DNA of 64,000 nt from Glaucostegus cemiculus. Lineage: Eukaryota. The translations under genes and the position numbers were made by a program. How positions within the stretch are numbered: position 1 is the first letter of the stretch; every line of letters begins with the position of its first letter. Below, one piece after another: positions 35,950-50,900 of the stretch. A model generated the notes under the pieces. It did no database searches. It saw nothing but the letters and a program-made list of their open reading frames with translations, and was not told where the DNA came from. The stretch covers positions 9,362,001 to 9,426,000 of the forward strand of contig CDPCPM010000043.1 of NCBI GenBank assembly GCA_976551045.1, read 5' to 3'.

Positions 35950-38900
35950 CTGCAAGACAATGATAAGACTGTAAAACCTTACAAAGAAAGAATTCCTACA
36001 GTATCACCTCTAGCATGTCAGTGAGCATTTTCATTCGGTTCCCATTTGATTGTTGGGGTCAAAAGAGTGCACTCCCAACTCTATGCCCACTTGCTCCAAA
36101 ATTGGATTATGAGGGAGTGGAGTTTGTTGCCTGTAGGATTGAAGCAGACTATTTGGAACAGTGATCAGGATCAGACAAAAATTCAGGAGTAACTTGCAAC
36201 AGTCTGATCTTTTCTCCCCAGAAGAGGGCAGAACAAGAGACTGCAGATTGCCATAAAGCCAGGCTAGAAGTATCCTGCAGGGAACAGCACTGGGGCTGGA
36301 GCTGCTCACTACTTTTGAAAATGACTTAGATGACACTGGAATTTATGCAGACATCAGGATTAATCACAATGACCACCTGTAAAATGTACTTAAATTCATC
36401 AAGGAAAACTGGGCCCCAAATGTTTCACTTGACCCAGCTCTAAAGTGTTAACTTTCTCTCCACAGAGGCATCCACACCTGCCAAGTATTCCAGTATTTTG
36501 TCTTTATTGTAGTAAAATGTATTTGGATAGGATCATTGCAAGGGTACCTGCACATTTATAAAACTAGTTTGAGGAAAGCCTGCTGTTGCAGCTGTAGGTG
36601 CTCAGAAGTCATTATAAAGCAAAGCATTCAGTGTTAAACTTGTGTTGAATAAGTTAATGAATCTCAACAAAAATGACCCTTGTTCAATAGGAAAAAAGTT
36701 CTCATTCACTATTTTACATCAGTGATTCCCACCGGAGAGTGGAAGGGATTGGTGTTGGTGGGGATGTTTAAAATCAACTTAAGCCTATGGTAATGCCAGC
36801 AATAGTAATAGTTGGTATGAAAACTTATTTCACTCACCGGGGTGACTGCTGCAGTGTGAAAGTAAGCTGGCTCAGGCATTTCGGCAGGCAGTTTAACCCA
36901 TTGGAAATTTTGTAAACTGAGTTTCCACAGGTCCCCAAGTATCACCTCACCATTATATCCACCACAGACATACACATCTGCAAAAGATGATCAAATTAAA
37001 CAGCTGCTGAATGCCAAATCAATAACCCATACTTCCAATAATATGCAACACAAATATTGAATCTTATACCCATTAAGTCAACACAAATATAGGTAGTGTG
37101 GCTGCCAGTGTGCACAGCAAACTCCCACAAACTGATCATGGTATTTAGTGATGCTGACTTAAAAATAAATATCGGGCTCAATTCTCACAAGAACATCCCT
37201 GCTCTCCTTCAAACCAATGCCATGGGGTCCTTTACACCACTCAAGTTCAGGCAGGGGCTCAATTTAACATCCCAGCTGAAACTCAGCACCTCAGATGTTG
37301 TACTTCCTTAATATTACAATGGACATTTGAACGCATGATCTTTTGACTCAGGTGAGAGTATCACTGTTTTCAAAAGAAAGCCTTTTGTGTGGCTCAGTCG
37401 ACAAAGACTTTAAATGTAGGGAGGGAGAGACAAAGCAAGGAACTACAGGCCAGTTAGGTAAACACCTGGCATTGCAAAAATGCTGGAAATTAAGAAAATG
37501 GTAACTGGACCCATGGGAAGTCATAGCATGGTTAAGCAGCATGATCATGATTTTAGGAATAAAAAAAGCATTTAATAAATCTGGTAGAGTTCCTTAAAAG
37601 TATAACAAGTAGAGTGGACAGAGAATTCCAAAGGCAATATATCCTCTGGTTCTTCGAACAGGTGTCAAATAAAAAGGACTCATTGTGTTGAAGATAGTAC
37701 ATTAGCATGGAAGGAGGATTGTTTAATTGAGAAAATACTAGGCTGCCACTTACCATGTCCTATTTGTACACAGCTATGACATCTTCTAGCTGCTGGGAAA
37801 CCTACAGTTTAAAAACAGACCTGGTTAGGACCTGGCTATGATGAGGCATAAAAAATTGGAGAAGGACAAGAAATAAACTAGAGCCATAGAGTCAGAGTCA
37901 TACTGCAGGCCTCTTAAACCCAACAGGTCTGCACTGACCATTAAACACTTATGTTACACTAAGATGCTGGAGGAACTCAGCAGGCCTGGCAGCATCCATG
38001 GAGAAAAGCAGGCAGACAACATTTCAGTTCAGGACTGAGTTCCACCAGTAATAGTGTTTTTCATCTAGATTCCAGCACCTGCAGTCCTTTGTTTCTCTAT
38101 TATGGGTTAGCAAGTTTACAGATGACACAAAGATTGGCAGTGTTGTGGATAGTGTGGAGGGCTATCAAAGCTTGCAGAGGGATATTGATAGGATGCAGAG
38201 CTGGGTTGACAAGTGGCAGATGGAGTTCAATCCAGAGAAGTGTGAGGTAGTACACTTTGGAATGACAAACACCAAGGCAGAGTACAAGGTAAATGACAGG
38301 ATTCTGGGCAGTGCAGAGGAGCAGAGGGATCTGGGGGTTCATATCCACAGATCACAAAGTTGCCTCACAGGTGGACTGGGTAGTTAAGAAAGCTTATGGA
38401 ATGTTAGCTTTCATAAGTTGGGGGATCGAGTTTAAGAGCTGCAAAGTGATGATGCAGCTTTACAAAACTCTGGTTAGGCCACACTTATAGAGTACTGTGT
38501 CTAGTTCTGGTCCAGGATGCTGCCTGGTCTAGAGAGTATGGATTATGAGGAGAGACTAAAGGAGCTAGGGCTGTTCTCACTGGAGAGAAGGAGGATGAGG
38601 GGAGACAGAGGTATACAAGATATTGAGAGGAATAGAGTGGACAGCCAGTGCCTCCTTCCCAGGGTGCCAATGCTCAAAACAAGAGGACATGGCTTTAAGG
38701 TAATGGGTGGGAAGTTCAAGGGAGATGTCAGAGTGTCGTTCTTCACCCAGAGAGTGGTTGGTACATGGAATGTGCTGCCTGTGGTGGTGGAGGAGGCTGA
38801 TAACATTGGACAAGTTCAAGAGATTGTTAGATAAGCATGTAGAAGAATTTAAAATAGAAGGATTATGTGGAAGGGGTTAGATAGTCTTAGGTGTGGTTTG

Positions 38901-41900
38901 AAGGGCAGCACAACATGTTGGGCTGAAGGGCCTGTATTGTGCTGTATCGTTCTATGGTTCTATACCAATCCCATTTTTATTTTCCCCAACTCATGGATGA
39001 GGCAAGAAATTTCTTATCACACCATAAAACTAATAATCAATGAAAAAAGTGCATTTAAGGATTATCCCCACAACAACACAAGTACAAAATTGCTGCAGTA
39101 AACTCAGCTCTGCCAATAATTTGACAAGGCAATCAAAGCTGCATCATCTTCATGTAAAAAGCACCCATCCTCCCATTGTCTGTTGTTTTAAATATGCCTT
39201 TATCTTCAAGTTCTTTCCTGCTTTTTGCTCCACAATCTCTGCAACCTCCTTTAACCTTGTGACTACTGCTGCTCCATTTGGAACTTTTTTTTTTTTAATT
39301 GGTTTCTCTCCTTCAAACCCAATTACTGGCAGTAAAACTAACTGCTGCCTCAGCCCCACAGCTCTCAGGATGATCCCAACTCTTAATAAAATCTTCTGAA
39401 AACCCATCTCTTAATCCCTCCCTCCCTCCGTGGCATTTTGACAAGCTTTTGTACAGGGGAGTTTAAAGCAGCTGATCTTACTACATGCTTTTAAATAATT
39501 TCCTCTAAAAAGATCAATTTTAAACTTAGGTCCTCTGATCCTGAGTAAAGTTGCCTTCAAATCAACTCTCACTGCACCTAGGTTCCAACAGTCTGAAAGC
39601 TTAGAGATGGCCAGTGTTTAGTACAATTATGAACTGAAAACCAAACGATGAGGGGTTGTTGGGGTCAGATCAGTGCTAGTAGAAAATTTGAAAAAACCCA
39701 TACCTAGAAAACCTTTAAAACTGCAGCAGCTTTATTACTGTTCTTTATGTTCATTAGAAAAAAATGATAGATTTCAAACTTGCCTGTTCTCTCCTGTGGT
39801 TTTGTTTGTATCTCCTCCCATGTATTAGTCTCCAAGTTATAGGCATGTATCTGAAATTAAATAAATGCAGACCATGTCTTGGAAGTGCAATTCCTTCTCA
39901 CAGCTCCCCGTATTTCATCTAGCATTGGTTATGTCAATCAATCCTGATTTTTTCAACACTGGGAGGACTATTTGATCCATGGAGCGCCTTCATCAAATTC
40001 TGGCAGCCTAGAATCCAAGTGCACTGCGAAGCACCCCGCCCCCCCCCCACCTTAATGTTCAATCTGAAGAGGAGTTTTAGAAACTCACCTTGTATCTCTT
40101 TGAATTATGCTGCAGACTACATTTATGTTGCTATGCATATCTGGTATCCATGTTCATTGGGTAACTATTGTTTCTCCTATTTTTCATCTGTCAATATTTG
40201 ATTTCATCTGTGATAGTTCTAAAATCTACTAAAATGCAGTTAAACCTTTGATCCACAGTACTATGTAGATAGATAGCAACTTGCATCTAGTTATTGATAT
40301 CTGGATATTCATTCATTTGGCATTTCCTCCAGCCCAACTGTAGCTTCTGGGGTGATTTAATCATCACCTCATTGCAGCCTGACACAGGCCTGGGGTATTC
40401 AGTTCCAGATGTTATTAGTTTGATATTAATCCTGAAATGATTCAAGCAGAATTTCCCCATACCTTCTGATGTCCACCACTCACCTCTGAATAGAGACCAA
40501 CACATCAAGACCTGTCTGACAACATTCTCTGTAAAAATTATTACAACAAAATAGCTAATGAACATATTTTTTGTAAACCTACAAATTTCTTTTCCTATCT
40601 ACTCGCATGCCCAACCCTCCCTCAGGACTGAGTAATGGCTGGTATCCCCTACCTTATCTAGTGGATAGGTTGTCCACGATGTTCCCCCACCCAGTATATA
40701 TATCCTCTGTCCGTCGTGTGCAATTTCATGTCGGTACCTGAAAACACAAATTGTCCCAAACATACTTATTTGGCTATACTTCCAAAACCTTGGCACGCTC
40801 CTAATTTATTGTTCTTCTCCTGCCTTCAAAATACTTTTGAAACTTCCTCTATTGTAGTCCTGGTGACTTCACTCATCCACACCCCCAGTCAACACTCAAG
40901 GCCCTGTCCATTCTCCTTCAATTCCTAGGAACATCTCTTTATGCTGTGTCTCCTCAGTCATCTCACATGTTCGTTAGGGTTTATCTGCCTTGAAACAAGA
41001 ACACACATCTAATCTAACACATAGAATAGTGTGCTGAGGGAGTGCTGCACTGTTGCGGGAGTGCCGCATTGTTGCAGATGTGCTCTTTCAGAGATGCAAG
41101 GAGAAACAACTTCTGCAGTCTCTTCAAATAACTGGTCCCTCATTCCTAGTAGATCTCTACTGCACCCTCCAAGCCCCATGTCAATCCTGAAATCTGGTGC
41201 CTAGAACTGAACAAAATACTAAAGGCTCAACATGAATTCCTTGCTTTCTCTTCAACAATGAAGGCCAAGGATCTCTTTGCTTTAAAAAAAATTTCTGCCA
41301 CAAAAATCATGTTATATCTCCAGGTTGGTTTTGCCTCTTTATACTTCACACCATTAAATTTAATTTGCCATGTGCCAGCCCATTTCACAGCTTGTAACAG
41401 ACCTCAGTAGGACATTGATATTTCCAAGTTTGCTGTCATCTGCAAACTTCAAAATGCCTTGCATTCAAGTCTAAGTTATTAATGTACCAGCATGAGTCAC
41501 TCTATACAAATAGCTCAATGGAATAGCAGATTGTTCTTAGGGAGTGGCCGAGTCCTACAGAAGAAAGCTCATCTTTAGCCAGATCAAAGATATTTCCTGA
41601 TCTGTGGTATAAATATGGGAATTAGTTTCAATCTCTCAAGATTAGGATTGGAACACAGAAGAACTAGGATCATCAAAGTAAGGTTGAAGGTGCAAAAGAG
41701 GGTGAAAGAAGGAATAGGGATTAAGTCATTGCCAGGTTCTCAATCTGGATCTCGCACAAGCATCTTTTGATATATCAGTGGTTCCCAAAAGCACTGTAGA
41801 ACTGGAGTGTAAGAAGCCAGTGAGGAAGTTAAATATGGCAATACTGAAACCAGAGATAAGGGACTCACAGACTGTCAAATGCACAGTACAAAATCATTCA

Positions 41901-44900
41901 CACTAGTGTACTCGAGGCCTCTCAGGGACCTAGCAAACTTCTAGTCAACTCAGTGTATGGAGCAGGGCACAGGCATGTGGTGGAAAGAATGCAAAACAAA
42001 ATTAAACCAAATAGACAGCATCTATTCTGTTTAATAAAAGTAACAGACTGAAATGTCAGGTTCCCTTTACTTTTTATATCCAATTTTAGGCTCTTTCTTT
42101 TTGACTCCATAAAGCTGCAACTCGTATATAGTTTAGCGTGTACTCTATCTCAGCCTAAAAACCATAAGTCATATGTAAACTTTCAACAAGCTACCAAGTA
42201 GATACTTCATTGTGGGTTGCAAACCAGTCAAGAAAGAACTCTGTTGCACAAATCACCATCACCACCCTGCACACAACATGCAAACTAAAAGCTGAGAATC
42301 CATTATTAATCCAGAGTCCAAAATCAGGCAAACTACAAAACCTTAATGGATCAGCACTGGGCCACTCCTCATTTGTCAACATCATCCAATGGTGAAACTG
42401 AAGTTCATCGCATTTTCTTTAAATAGAGACTAACAAAATCATTACGTTTGTATCCAAACCCAACAATATCAGATGCCTATAAGGATCATTTGAGGTTGGG
42501 AGCTGCCTTGACCAGAAATTGTTCCACGGTTGCTCACCTTTCTTCTGGTAAGTCACTAGGAGGGTTATTTGGTTTCAGCTGTATCCATTCTCGGGCTGTA
42601 AGGTCTAATCGGTGTAAGTCTGTGTTGTAAACATAACCAGTTGTCCCACCAAATATGTACAAGTAACCGTTTATGATCACCATTGCCTGGAAATTAACAA
42701 AGATAGATGTGAACATCCAAGACAATTCTCCAAGTGGTAGCTGAGTTACCATGGGTGTCTTACAGCTCTGGCTATCCAGTCCTCGAAGCTGTGATACTTT
42801 GCATTTCCCCATTTGAATTATACAAAACTGGAAGCGGCAGTCTTTTAACAATGTTGTTAACAACATTGATGGATAAATCCTAAATCAGAGTGCAAAGGTT
42901 GGTGTGTAAAGCAGCTCGAGGTACAAATTAATAGGAATATGTACTTAAACTTTAGCTGCAAAAAACTACAAAGCTGCTCAATATATATTACACAGATGAA
43001 AGACTGAACAGATAATAATTAGTCTAAGGCATTGACAAGTAAATGTCTCCACTGCACAGAAGATCAGAGAGGTTTATGTTGGTTCTGTGCCATTGGTGGA
43101 CACTACGCCACAAGTTTTCCATATGTTTTTTAAAATCTGTTTCAGTTGCTGCACACCAAGGCATTCTGATCTACATCACTGAATAGCAGACATCAAGATG
43201 GAGATTCTGACCACCAACAGTATTATGAAGTTTGACAAACCACTTGAGTGTTAAGTGATAAACCTTTTCTTTGTTAAGAACAAAGAGCTCCCACAACTGC
43301 CTGGCCAACTCTTATAATTGAACCAGAGGGCTGGAAGGGGAGGAAGAGAGAAAGAGAGAAAGAGCTCACACATTAAATTCAAATCACCTCCATTTTAGAG
43401 CTCTCGTGCATAGTAACTGGCTGCCAACACTAACTGGCCTCCCATAACATTACAAAGAAGCTGATTAGAACTCTGATGGGGCAGGATCATTGAGAATGGG
43501 CTGATTAGAAAAGCAATGGGACTGAAGTATGTTGATGTAGTTCAGGGTTCATTTAAACATCATTTCAGTCTGTCTTTATTTTCATATTCCCATTACAAAA
43601 TTTCCAAGTCCATAAACAATGGAACCTGTCCATTGTCCATCACACGTCCTGGGCATAGGAATACTAGTTATTCTCCCTCCACCTCCATTCCAGGTAGTGG
43701 TGGCGAGTAGGGAAGAGTTAAAATTTATCCCCCCCATTAATAGTGATGAGAACACCCAACTAGAATTTGTGGTGTGGTGTGAAGGGCATACCAGCAAAAC
43801 CATGAGATGATGCTGGGGATGGTTATATGTGCAATCAGAGGCTGGCTGTTTGCTTATTCTAACGGAAGCCAAGCTGGATGTATAGTGGACCTAATGAAAT
43901 AAGTGTTTGTAATATAGTGAATCAACAGAAGGATGACATGGCCTGTTCAAAGCAGAGATTTGCTGAGCACAATGTAAAAAGGTTGTCACATAGCAAAGCA
44001 GAACATATTATGCTTCTAAAATCTTCAGTAATTTCTGGCTATATTTCAGTGGAAAATTCCCAGACTGGTTGTCACATTTAAACTGGGTAAAACCCAGCAA
44101 TTATATTGTGTTTTATTATTCATTGCACAGCCTAGTCATCAATTTTGGCTAAGTTAGGGGAAAGATAAAGTATCCTAATTTGTATGGTTATAAAGTGTAC
44201 TGACAAGCAAATATTCTCTATTCAACTGAGGCCAAACTATTGATTAAAACTAAGATTACCACTGGCAATGATGGAAAGGTGCAGGCTGGGAGCCAAAGGA
44301 TAGGGGTAACCTTTTAATTGACGAAAGAGGGACCCATTTGAAAGGTGAGGAGGAAAGAATGACACAGTAAGCAATACCATTCAATGTTCATTCAAGGGCA
44401 GAGAGTCACCGACCTGCCCATAGATGCGGTTGGGTTTCTTCCCTCGACAGTTAAGCAGCGCCCATCGTTTGTAGTTAACGTTGCACACGTGTACATCATT
44501 CCCACTGCTCTCACCAAAGGGGACGCCGGTGCCTCCAAACACCAACAAGTTATTACCATGCAAAACAACTGTAAGGTAGATGATATAAACAATGCTACAT
44601 CTTAGTAGTCATAAAAAACTGGACACAAATTTACAAGTTAATGGAACCTCTATTCTGTAACAATCAATAGATTGCCTACTCCAAAGAGATCTGTACCTAA
44701 CCCATTCAAAAAATGCAACAGAAAGCCCACTGATCAGCTAGAGAAGGAAGATATACTTGCTTTGATGGTTTCATACCCAGGGATAACCAAGTGTAATAAC
44801 CTCTCCCCCTCAGCACAGGCATTATTATTATTACTTTCGTAACAACCACCCCTCCACACACATCCAAATGTACAGCAAAAACTTGCACCCACTCATAATT

Positions 44901-47900
44901 TTTTTCTATCTTCTGCTCATTACTTTAAAAATAAAATGAGTACTGGTTTATTATATAAACAATGCCACAGGATATGATAATGAACAAAGTCAGAACACGC
45001 ATACTCTGAGGACAAGTAACAGAATGAATAACAAGCCAACTGCAAGAATGAAACATATCCACTGAAAACAAATAGAAAGTGGGGTCCCTCAAGGGTTAAT
45101 GCTGAGATCACAAAGGAATTAGATGTGGATAAGTCAAACACTAAATTGCAAGGAATAGTTGCCATGAAGACATAGAAAACCTACAGCATAATTCAGGCCC
45201 TTCAGCCCACAAAGCTGTGCTGAACATTTCCCTACCTTACTAGGCTTACCCATAGTCCTCTATTTTTCTAAGACCATAAACTACAAGATGTTGCTTTTTT
45301 TTGGAAAAAATAAATTAGCCAGAGAAGCAAAATAATGAGTGTACAAATACATAAGACATTGAATATCAAAATATGGAACAGCAAGGGAAAACAAAAGCAA
45401 ACCAAGCAGAAGAAGTCACTTTTACAGAGAAAGAATAGAAACAGAAAAAAGTTTATTAAATTAATATCAAGCTTTGGTTGGACCACATTTGAAGTACTAG
45501 TCACAGTTTTGGTAGTCACGTTAATAAAGGACATTTGGAAACATTAAAAGTGGATAGAAAAATATTTGCAAGGATGATAGCAGAACCACAAATGTTTCAC
45601 TATTGGCAAAGGATCAAATGCCAGGGTTCATATCCTCTAAAGGGCAACCCATTAAAGTCTTTGAAATATTGCAGAATTTTAATTAAGAAAACACAATGTT
45701 TTCACTTGTGGAAGGAGCAAAACTAACAGCAATCAATACATTGTCATTGAAAAATCAAATACATTTAGAAAATGGCAAGTATGCAGTTCAAAACCACAGT
45801 GACTGGTCAAGGCCTATCGCACAGATGTATATGCAGTGAGAGTAAATAGGTATGCGAGAGAAAACAATGAAAGGTTACATAGACAGAGTTAGACAAGGAA
45901 GATGGGAGATTGCTCAAGTTCAGCCTAAGCACCACAATGTACCAGTTAAGCCAAAATGTAGCTACATCTCACCACAACTGCCTTTGCTCCTGGCTCCATA
46001 ATTTCATCTCCAAAGGCACAACAACCTCCCCCTCTTCACTTCCCAATCCTCTTATGCCTTTACAACTTTATTGTCAACGTCCAATTCTCTGTGCCAACCA
46101 ATCTGCACGTAAATAAACCTACTTTACATCAAGGTGTTAACTTCCAATCAAATACAATTTTTTACCTGCCCTTTTTGTTTAACTAAGATGTCAACTGTAA
46201 TTAAAATGTCATGCAAAACATGTCAAAAAGCTAAAAACTAATTGAGAAGTGGTACAGCCCAGCTCATGTTCTGCAGTCTGTAAAGAGGTTTTCCTCACTG
46301 TTGATGTACTATAGAAATCATTGAAACTTCCAGAACAGAATTGATATTCAATTTGTTGAGCCTATTCTGGCCCTGCTGTTGCCTTTAATTGCACAACTGC
46401 ACATTTGAATACAGATGTAATATGCCAAGATGTGCTTATTGCAATCTAAAGTTTTATTTTACCAAATAACACACCAAGTAGTGATTTCATACAAATCAGT
46501 GATGAAACAGACCATTTAGCCCATCCTTCAACTCATCTCAATGTAGCTCATTTCCTTTAAGCAAAAAGAAGAAACTCTAGAAACAAACAGCACTTGTGGG
46601 GAAAGAATAATACACGCTGATGATAGTTGGAAAGGCTGGCATTTCAGATTGCTAGGTCTTCTATTCTTTTTCACCCCCACCCACAGTCATTCAGCTACCA
46701 ATGAAGGATATTAGTGCCATTCACTTCCATAGTTCCAAGTGCTGGGAAATTCCACATTGAAGCCACTTAGAGCCCGCCAGTGGCAGGACCTGAGGATGTA
46801 ATACTGAAAACGAATACAATCAATGGCATGGTTCCTGCAGTCCAGATGAGGGAAACTAATAGGCAACAGGTATAAATGCTCAATGGATGGCAAATACATG
46901 CAAAAAGGCAGCAAGAAACATCATACTAAATTGTAATCCCTTTATTATTGTGTTAACATGCATGACTACTCTAAGAGCCACAATGGCAAGCTTGCACCAC
47001 TAATCCAGAAGCTGCAAACATTTTTTTTTGATTATGTGCTTCCAAACAACATTCTAATAAAATGTTGTTTGGAAGCACAAATCCAAAAGCTTAATGCTAT
47101 GCATTTCATTCTTTGTGGAGCAGGTCAAATAGATATAACACAAAACTTCCACACTTCTAATCATCATATTTTACAACAGCTTGAATAGTCACGAGCAAAT
47201 AAAAATTTAGTACTCATTGTGGAAAGTATTCAAGAAATGATGCAAGCTGTACCTGACATCGATGCTAGCTCCCTGGGCATGAATCCTTCTGTACCCACTT
47301 GCTGCCAAGTACCAGAGGCAAAATGATATCGCCAGAGTTCACGGAAAAGTGGGTAGGCTTCATTCTCTGGACCACCGGACTCCTCATAGTCTGGGTTGTA
47401 GCCTCCAAACACGTAAAGGTTTGAATTATCTGCAACACAGCGGTGCCCACTTCGAGCAGGTGGAGCTATGTGACCTGGAAGGGGGTGGGGGGGGGGGAAG
47501 GGGAGGAAAACAAAAAACAAAAAGAGGGAAAAGTAAAATTTTAGCCACCTTGGCAAGATCTGCATGTGTAATATGCCTGTGATTTACATAACATTCAAAA
47601 ATAGCTGCATTTTTAAAAAAATTTCAGTGCCTGTCACATCCTTGGGATGCTTCAAATGAACAAAGGTGTCAGCAAAGTGATCACCCAATCTACATTTGGC
47701 TACCTCAGTTTAGAGAAGTTGATATTCTGCACAATAAATACAATATTATATCAAAAAGATATGCAAGCACATCATAGTTTAAACCACGAGTTGTAAGGCC
47801 ATAAGCAGATGGAAAAAGATGTTACATCATCAGCACAAAAGAAATCCAAGAAAGGGGAGTCAGTGCTGGGGGTTGATAAAAAAAAGTAGACCAGGATGCT

Positions 47901-50900
47901 GTAACACCAGAAAATGCAGCAACCATTTTGTACACAAAACCCACATTTAGCAATGTGATTATGATGAAATAATCTGTTTAGTGCTGCTGCTGAGGATGAG
48001 AGCAATAACTTGCTCTTCCAATAATGCCATGGGATCTTTTATATCCACCCAAGGATTAAGAGATTGCAGCACTCTCTCATTACAACACTGGATTCAGTAC
48101 TTAATGCTCCAGACCAGGATTTGTGTTCACTCCAAAATTCAGAGGCAACAGCATGACCAATTGAGCCACTGTATCTTAAAATGGCATGCAAACAAATACC
48201 AAATCCTACATCAGAAGGACCATATAGCTTTGTTCAAAACAGTAAATTTCTGCGTCACACTTCACAGAATAAAGCAAGCATCTCCACAGAGACTTTCAAA
48301 GTTACAACAGATGTTTTCTGGTGACATTTACAAGTCACTTTTTCCAAAAATCAGCATCAGTCCTAACTTCAATTCACTCAAAGGTCTGCCTCAGGACAAT
48401 TAGCCACTAAGTAATCAAGGGACACTGTAACAAAGGTGGCTCATCAACTAACACACACCATTAACATTAATACAATGCATATTCACTGTATGTTCTTCTG
48501 AAAGGCAGCATGCTCCTAATTCCTGAGTAATATCATGAGAAAGTTGCTAGCATTCAGAAGGATTGACCCATTAGCCTTAAGTACTTTCAAAGATACTTCT
48601 GCTGCCAAATAACTTGCCCTAACCACACTGAAACAAGGAATGGAATGGATATTTTCTATTTCAGCAGAGGGATTCTCAAAGAAAGATGAAATTGCAGGTG
48701 TCCTAAGAGGTAAATTGGGGAGGAACACAATGTTTAATTAGAATTAATAATCTGGATTAAAGTTACAGCCCAAATGTTTTTGTATAAAAGATGAAAGTTT
48801 CAAATCTTGGTTAGTCCCCTTGGAATGCAGTGCAATTTGGGTTGCTTTTTATTATAATGATAAACACTGGAGATGTTTGTATAAAACTTCACAAAGACTT
48901 TGAAAATATGATTATTATCCCTTGGGAAAGGATAAAGAGCCAAATGCTCCACTCTTGAAAACAGAATGCTGTTTTTCAAAATAAAAGATTTTGATACAGT
49001 AGACAAATTGCTCCTATTTGTGGAGATGAGAAAAAACTTTAGGCCATTAAAGCAAGAGTCACAGACTTCCTCATCAAAAGAGTGCAGAGAAGATGGAATT
49101 CAGTATTCAGCAGTAAGCAAGGCAAATAATAGATACATTTTAGGTGTAAACTAGAAAGAGGGTAGTACTAACAGCAAGTAGAGAAGGACAGAAGGCATAA
49201 CCATGGAGCATGAACACTGCCACACAAGAGATTCCACAGAAGCTGGAATCTGGAGCAACACACACAAAGTGCTGGAGGAACTCAGCAGGTCAGGCAGCAC
49301 CTATGGGAGGATATAAACAGCCGATGTTTTGGGTCAAGACCCTTTTCAACAGGACTGGAAAGGAGTAAGGCAGAAGCCAAAATAGGTGGTTAAGGGAGAG
49401 GGAGGAGCACAGGCTGGTGGGTGATAAGCGAGTCCAGGTGGGGGGGTGGGGGGGGGGGAATGAAAGGGAGTGATGTGAAAAGCTGAGAGATGATAGGTAG
49501 AAGAGGCAAGGGACTGAAGTAGGAAATCAGGTAGGATCTCCGTGGCCAGCCATTTCAATTCCACATCCCACTCCCACGTCCAATCCTTGCCCCTTTGTTT
49601 TCCCTTATTCCTGTGGCCCACTCACCCTTTCCCTTTCCTTCCCCCACCCTCATGACCTGCCCATCTATTCCCCAGCTCCTTCCCTTTTCTCATGCCTACT
49701 GCCCTCTTCTACCAGATTCTTTCTTCAGCCCTTTGCCTCTTCTATCACCTCGCAGCTTCTCGCATTCCACCCCCGCCTCCACCCACCTACCTTGCCTCTC
49801 ACCTGGACGCGCCTATCACCTGCCAGCCTGTGCTCCTCCCCCTCCCTCCAACTTCTTATTCTGGCTTCTGCCCCCTTCCTTTCCTGTCCTGAAGGGTCTT
49901 GAACTGAAACTTCAACTTTAATCTAACCTTCCCCCCCCCCCCCCCCCCCATTAGATGCTGCCTGACCTACTGAGTTCCTCCAGCATTTTGTGCGTTGGGT
50001 ACTTGGGTAAAGTACACTGGCACTTGGATAAAATGTTCTAAAACTGCACAACATTTTATGCAATTCGTTGTAGTACTGGCAAGGCAATTGCCCTGGGGAT
50101 TCCCTATCCTAAATATTCAAAGTGCCTAACCAGGATCCAAAAATGGCAGTAACATAAAGACACATTTTTGCATTAATGTTAGCAATAATTGCCACATCAA
50201 ACAAGCATCCAATGACTCCAAAACACCTAGGCTAAAAGGCTACTGTTCATGCATGAACAGGAAGCAGGTGTTGTTGGCAGGCTGGCAGCTGTAAAGTAGT
50301 AATAAATTAACTTCATCCAGTATTAATACAAGTCCATGCCTAATTTAATGGCTCAATGATAACCAGCTTTATCTGTGCCTTCAATTACCATGACCCTTTA
50401 AGACACTAGGACAAAAACCAGAATGCTAGAAGAACTCAGCAGTTCAAGCAGGACTGATGCAGGGTTTTGCCCTGAAACATCAACTTACACCTTTGCCTCT
50501 GCAGATGCTGCTTGACCCAAGTCCTTCCAGCATGCTGTTGTTGTTCTTGATTCCAGACTCTGCAGTACCTCTTGTCTTCACCCTCTTAGAGGCACTCATT
50601 AAAACCTAACTTTTTGACCGATGTTTTGGTCATCTGCCCAATAATTCTTAAGGCTTAATATCAATTTTTGTTTGAAAACATTACTCTGAAAAGCCTTGGG
50701 ACACAATGCTGCACCATAGGTGTTTTGCAATTACAAATTCTTGTAATTCAGACATTTGGAAACCACTTTAATACTCCTGATGCCTGCTTAAAATGGCAAT
50801 AACTAGAAAGTGAACATTGGCTCACTTGTCCAAATGGTTCAGCTAGTTAAAGCACTGTCATTTAAAGGACCATTACCATCAAGAAAACAAGATGCTTGTT

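Noticed and set aside
38099-38965. Active retrotransposon
   Set aside because: It is 5'-truncated and the RT C-terminus is split over three frames.
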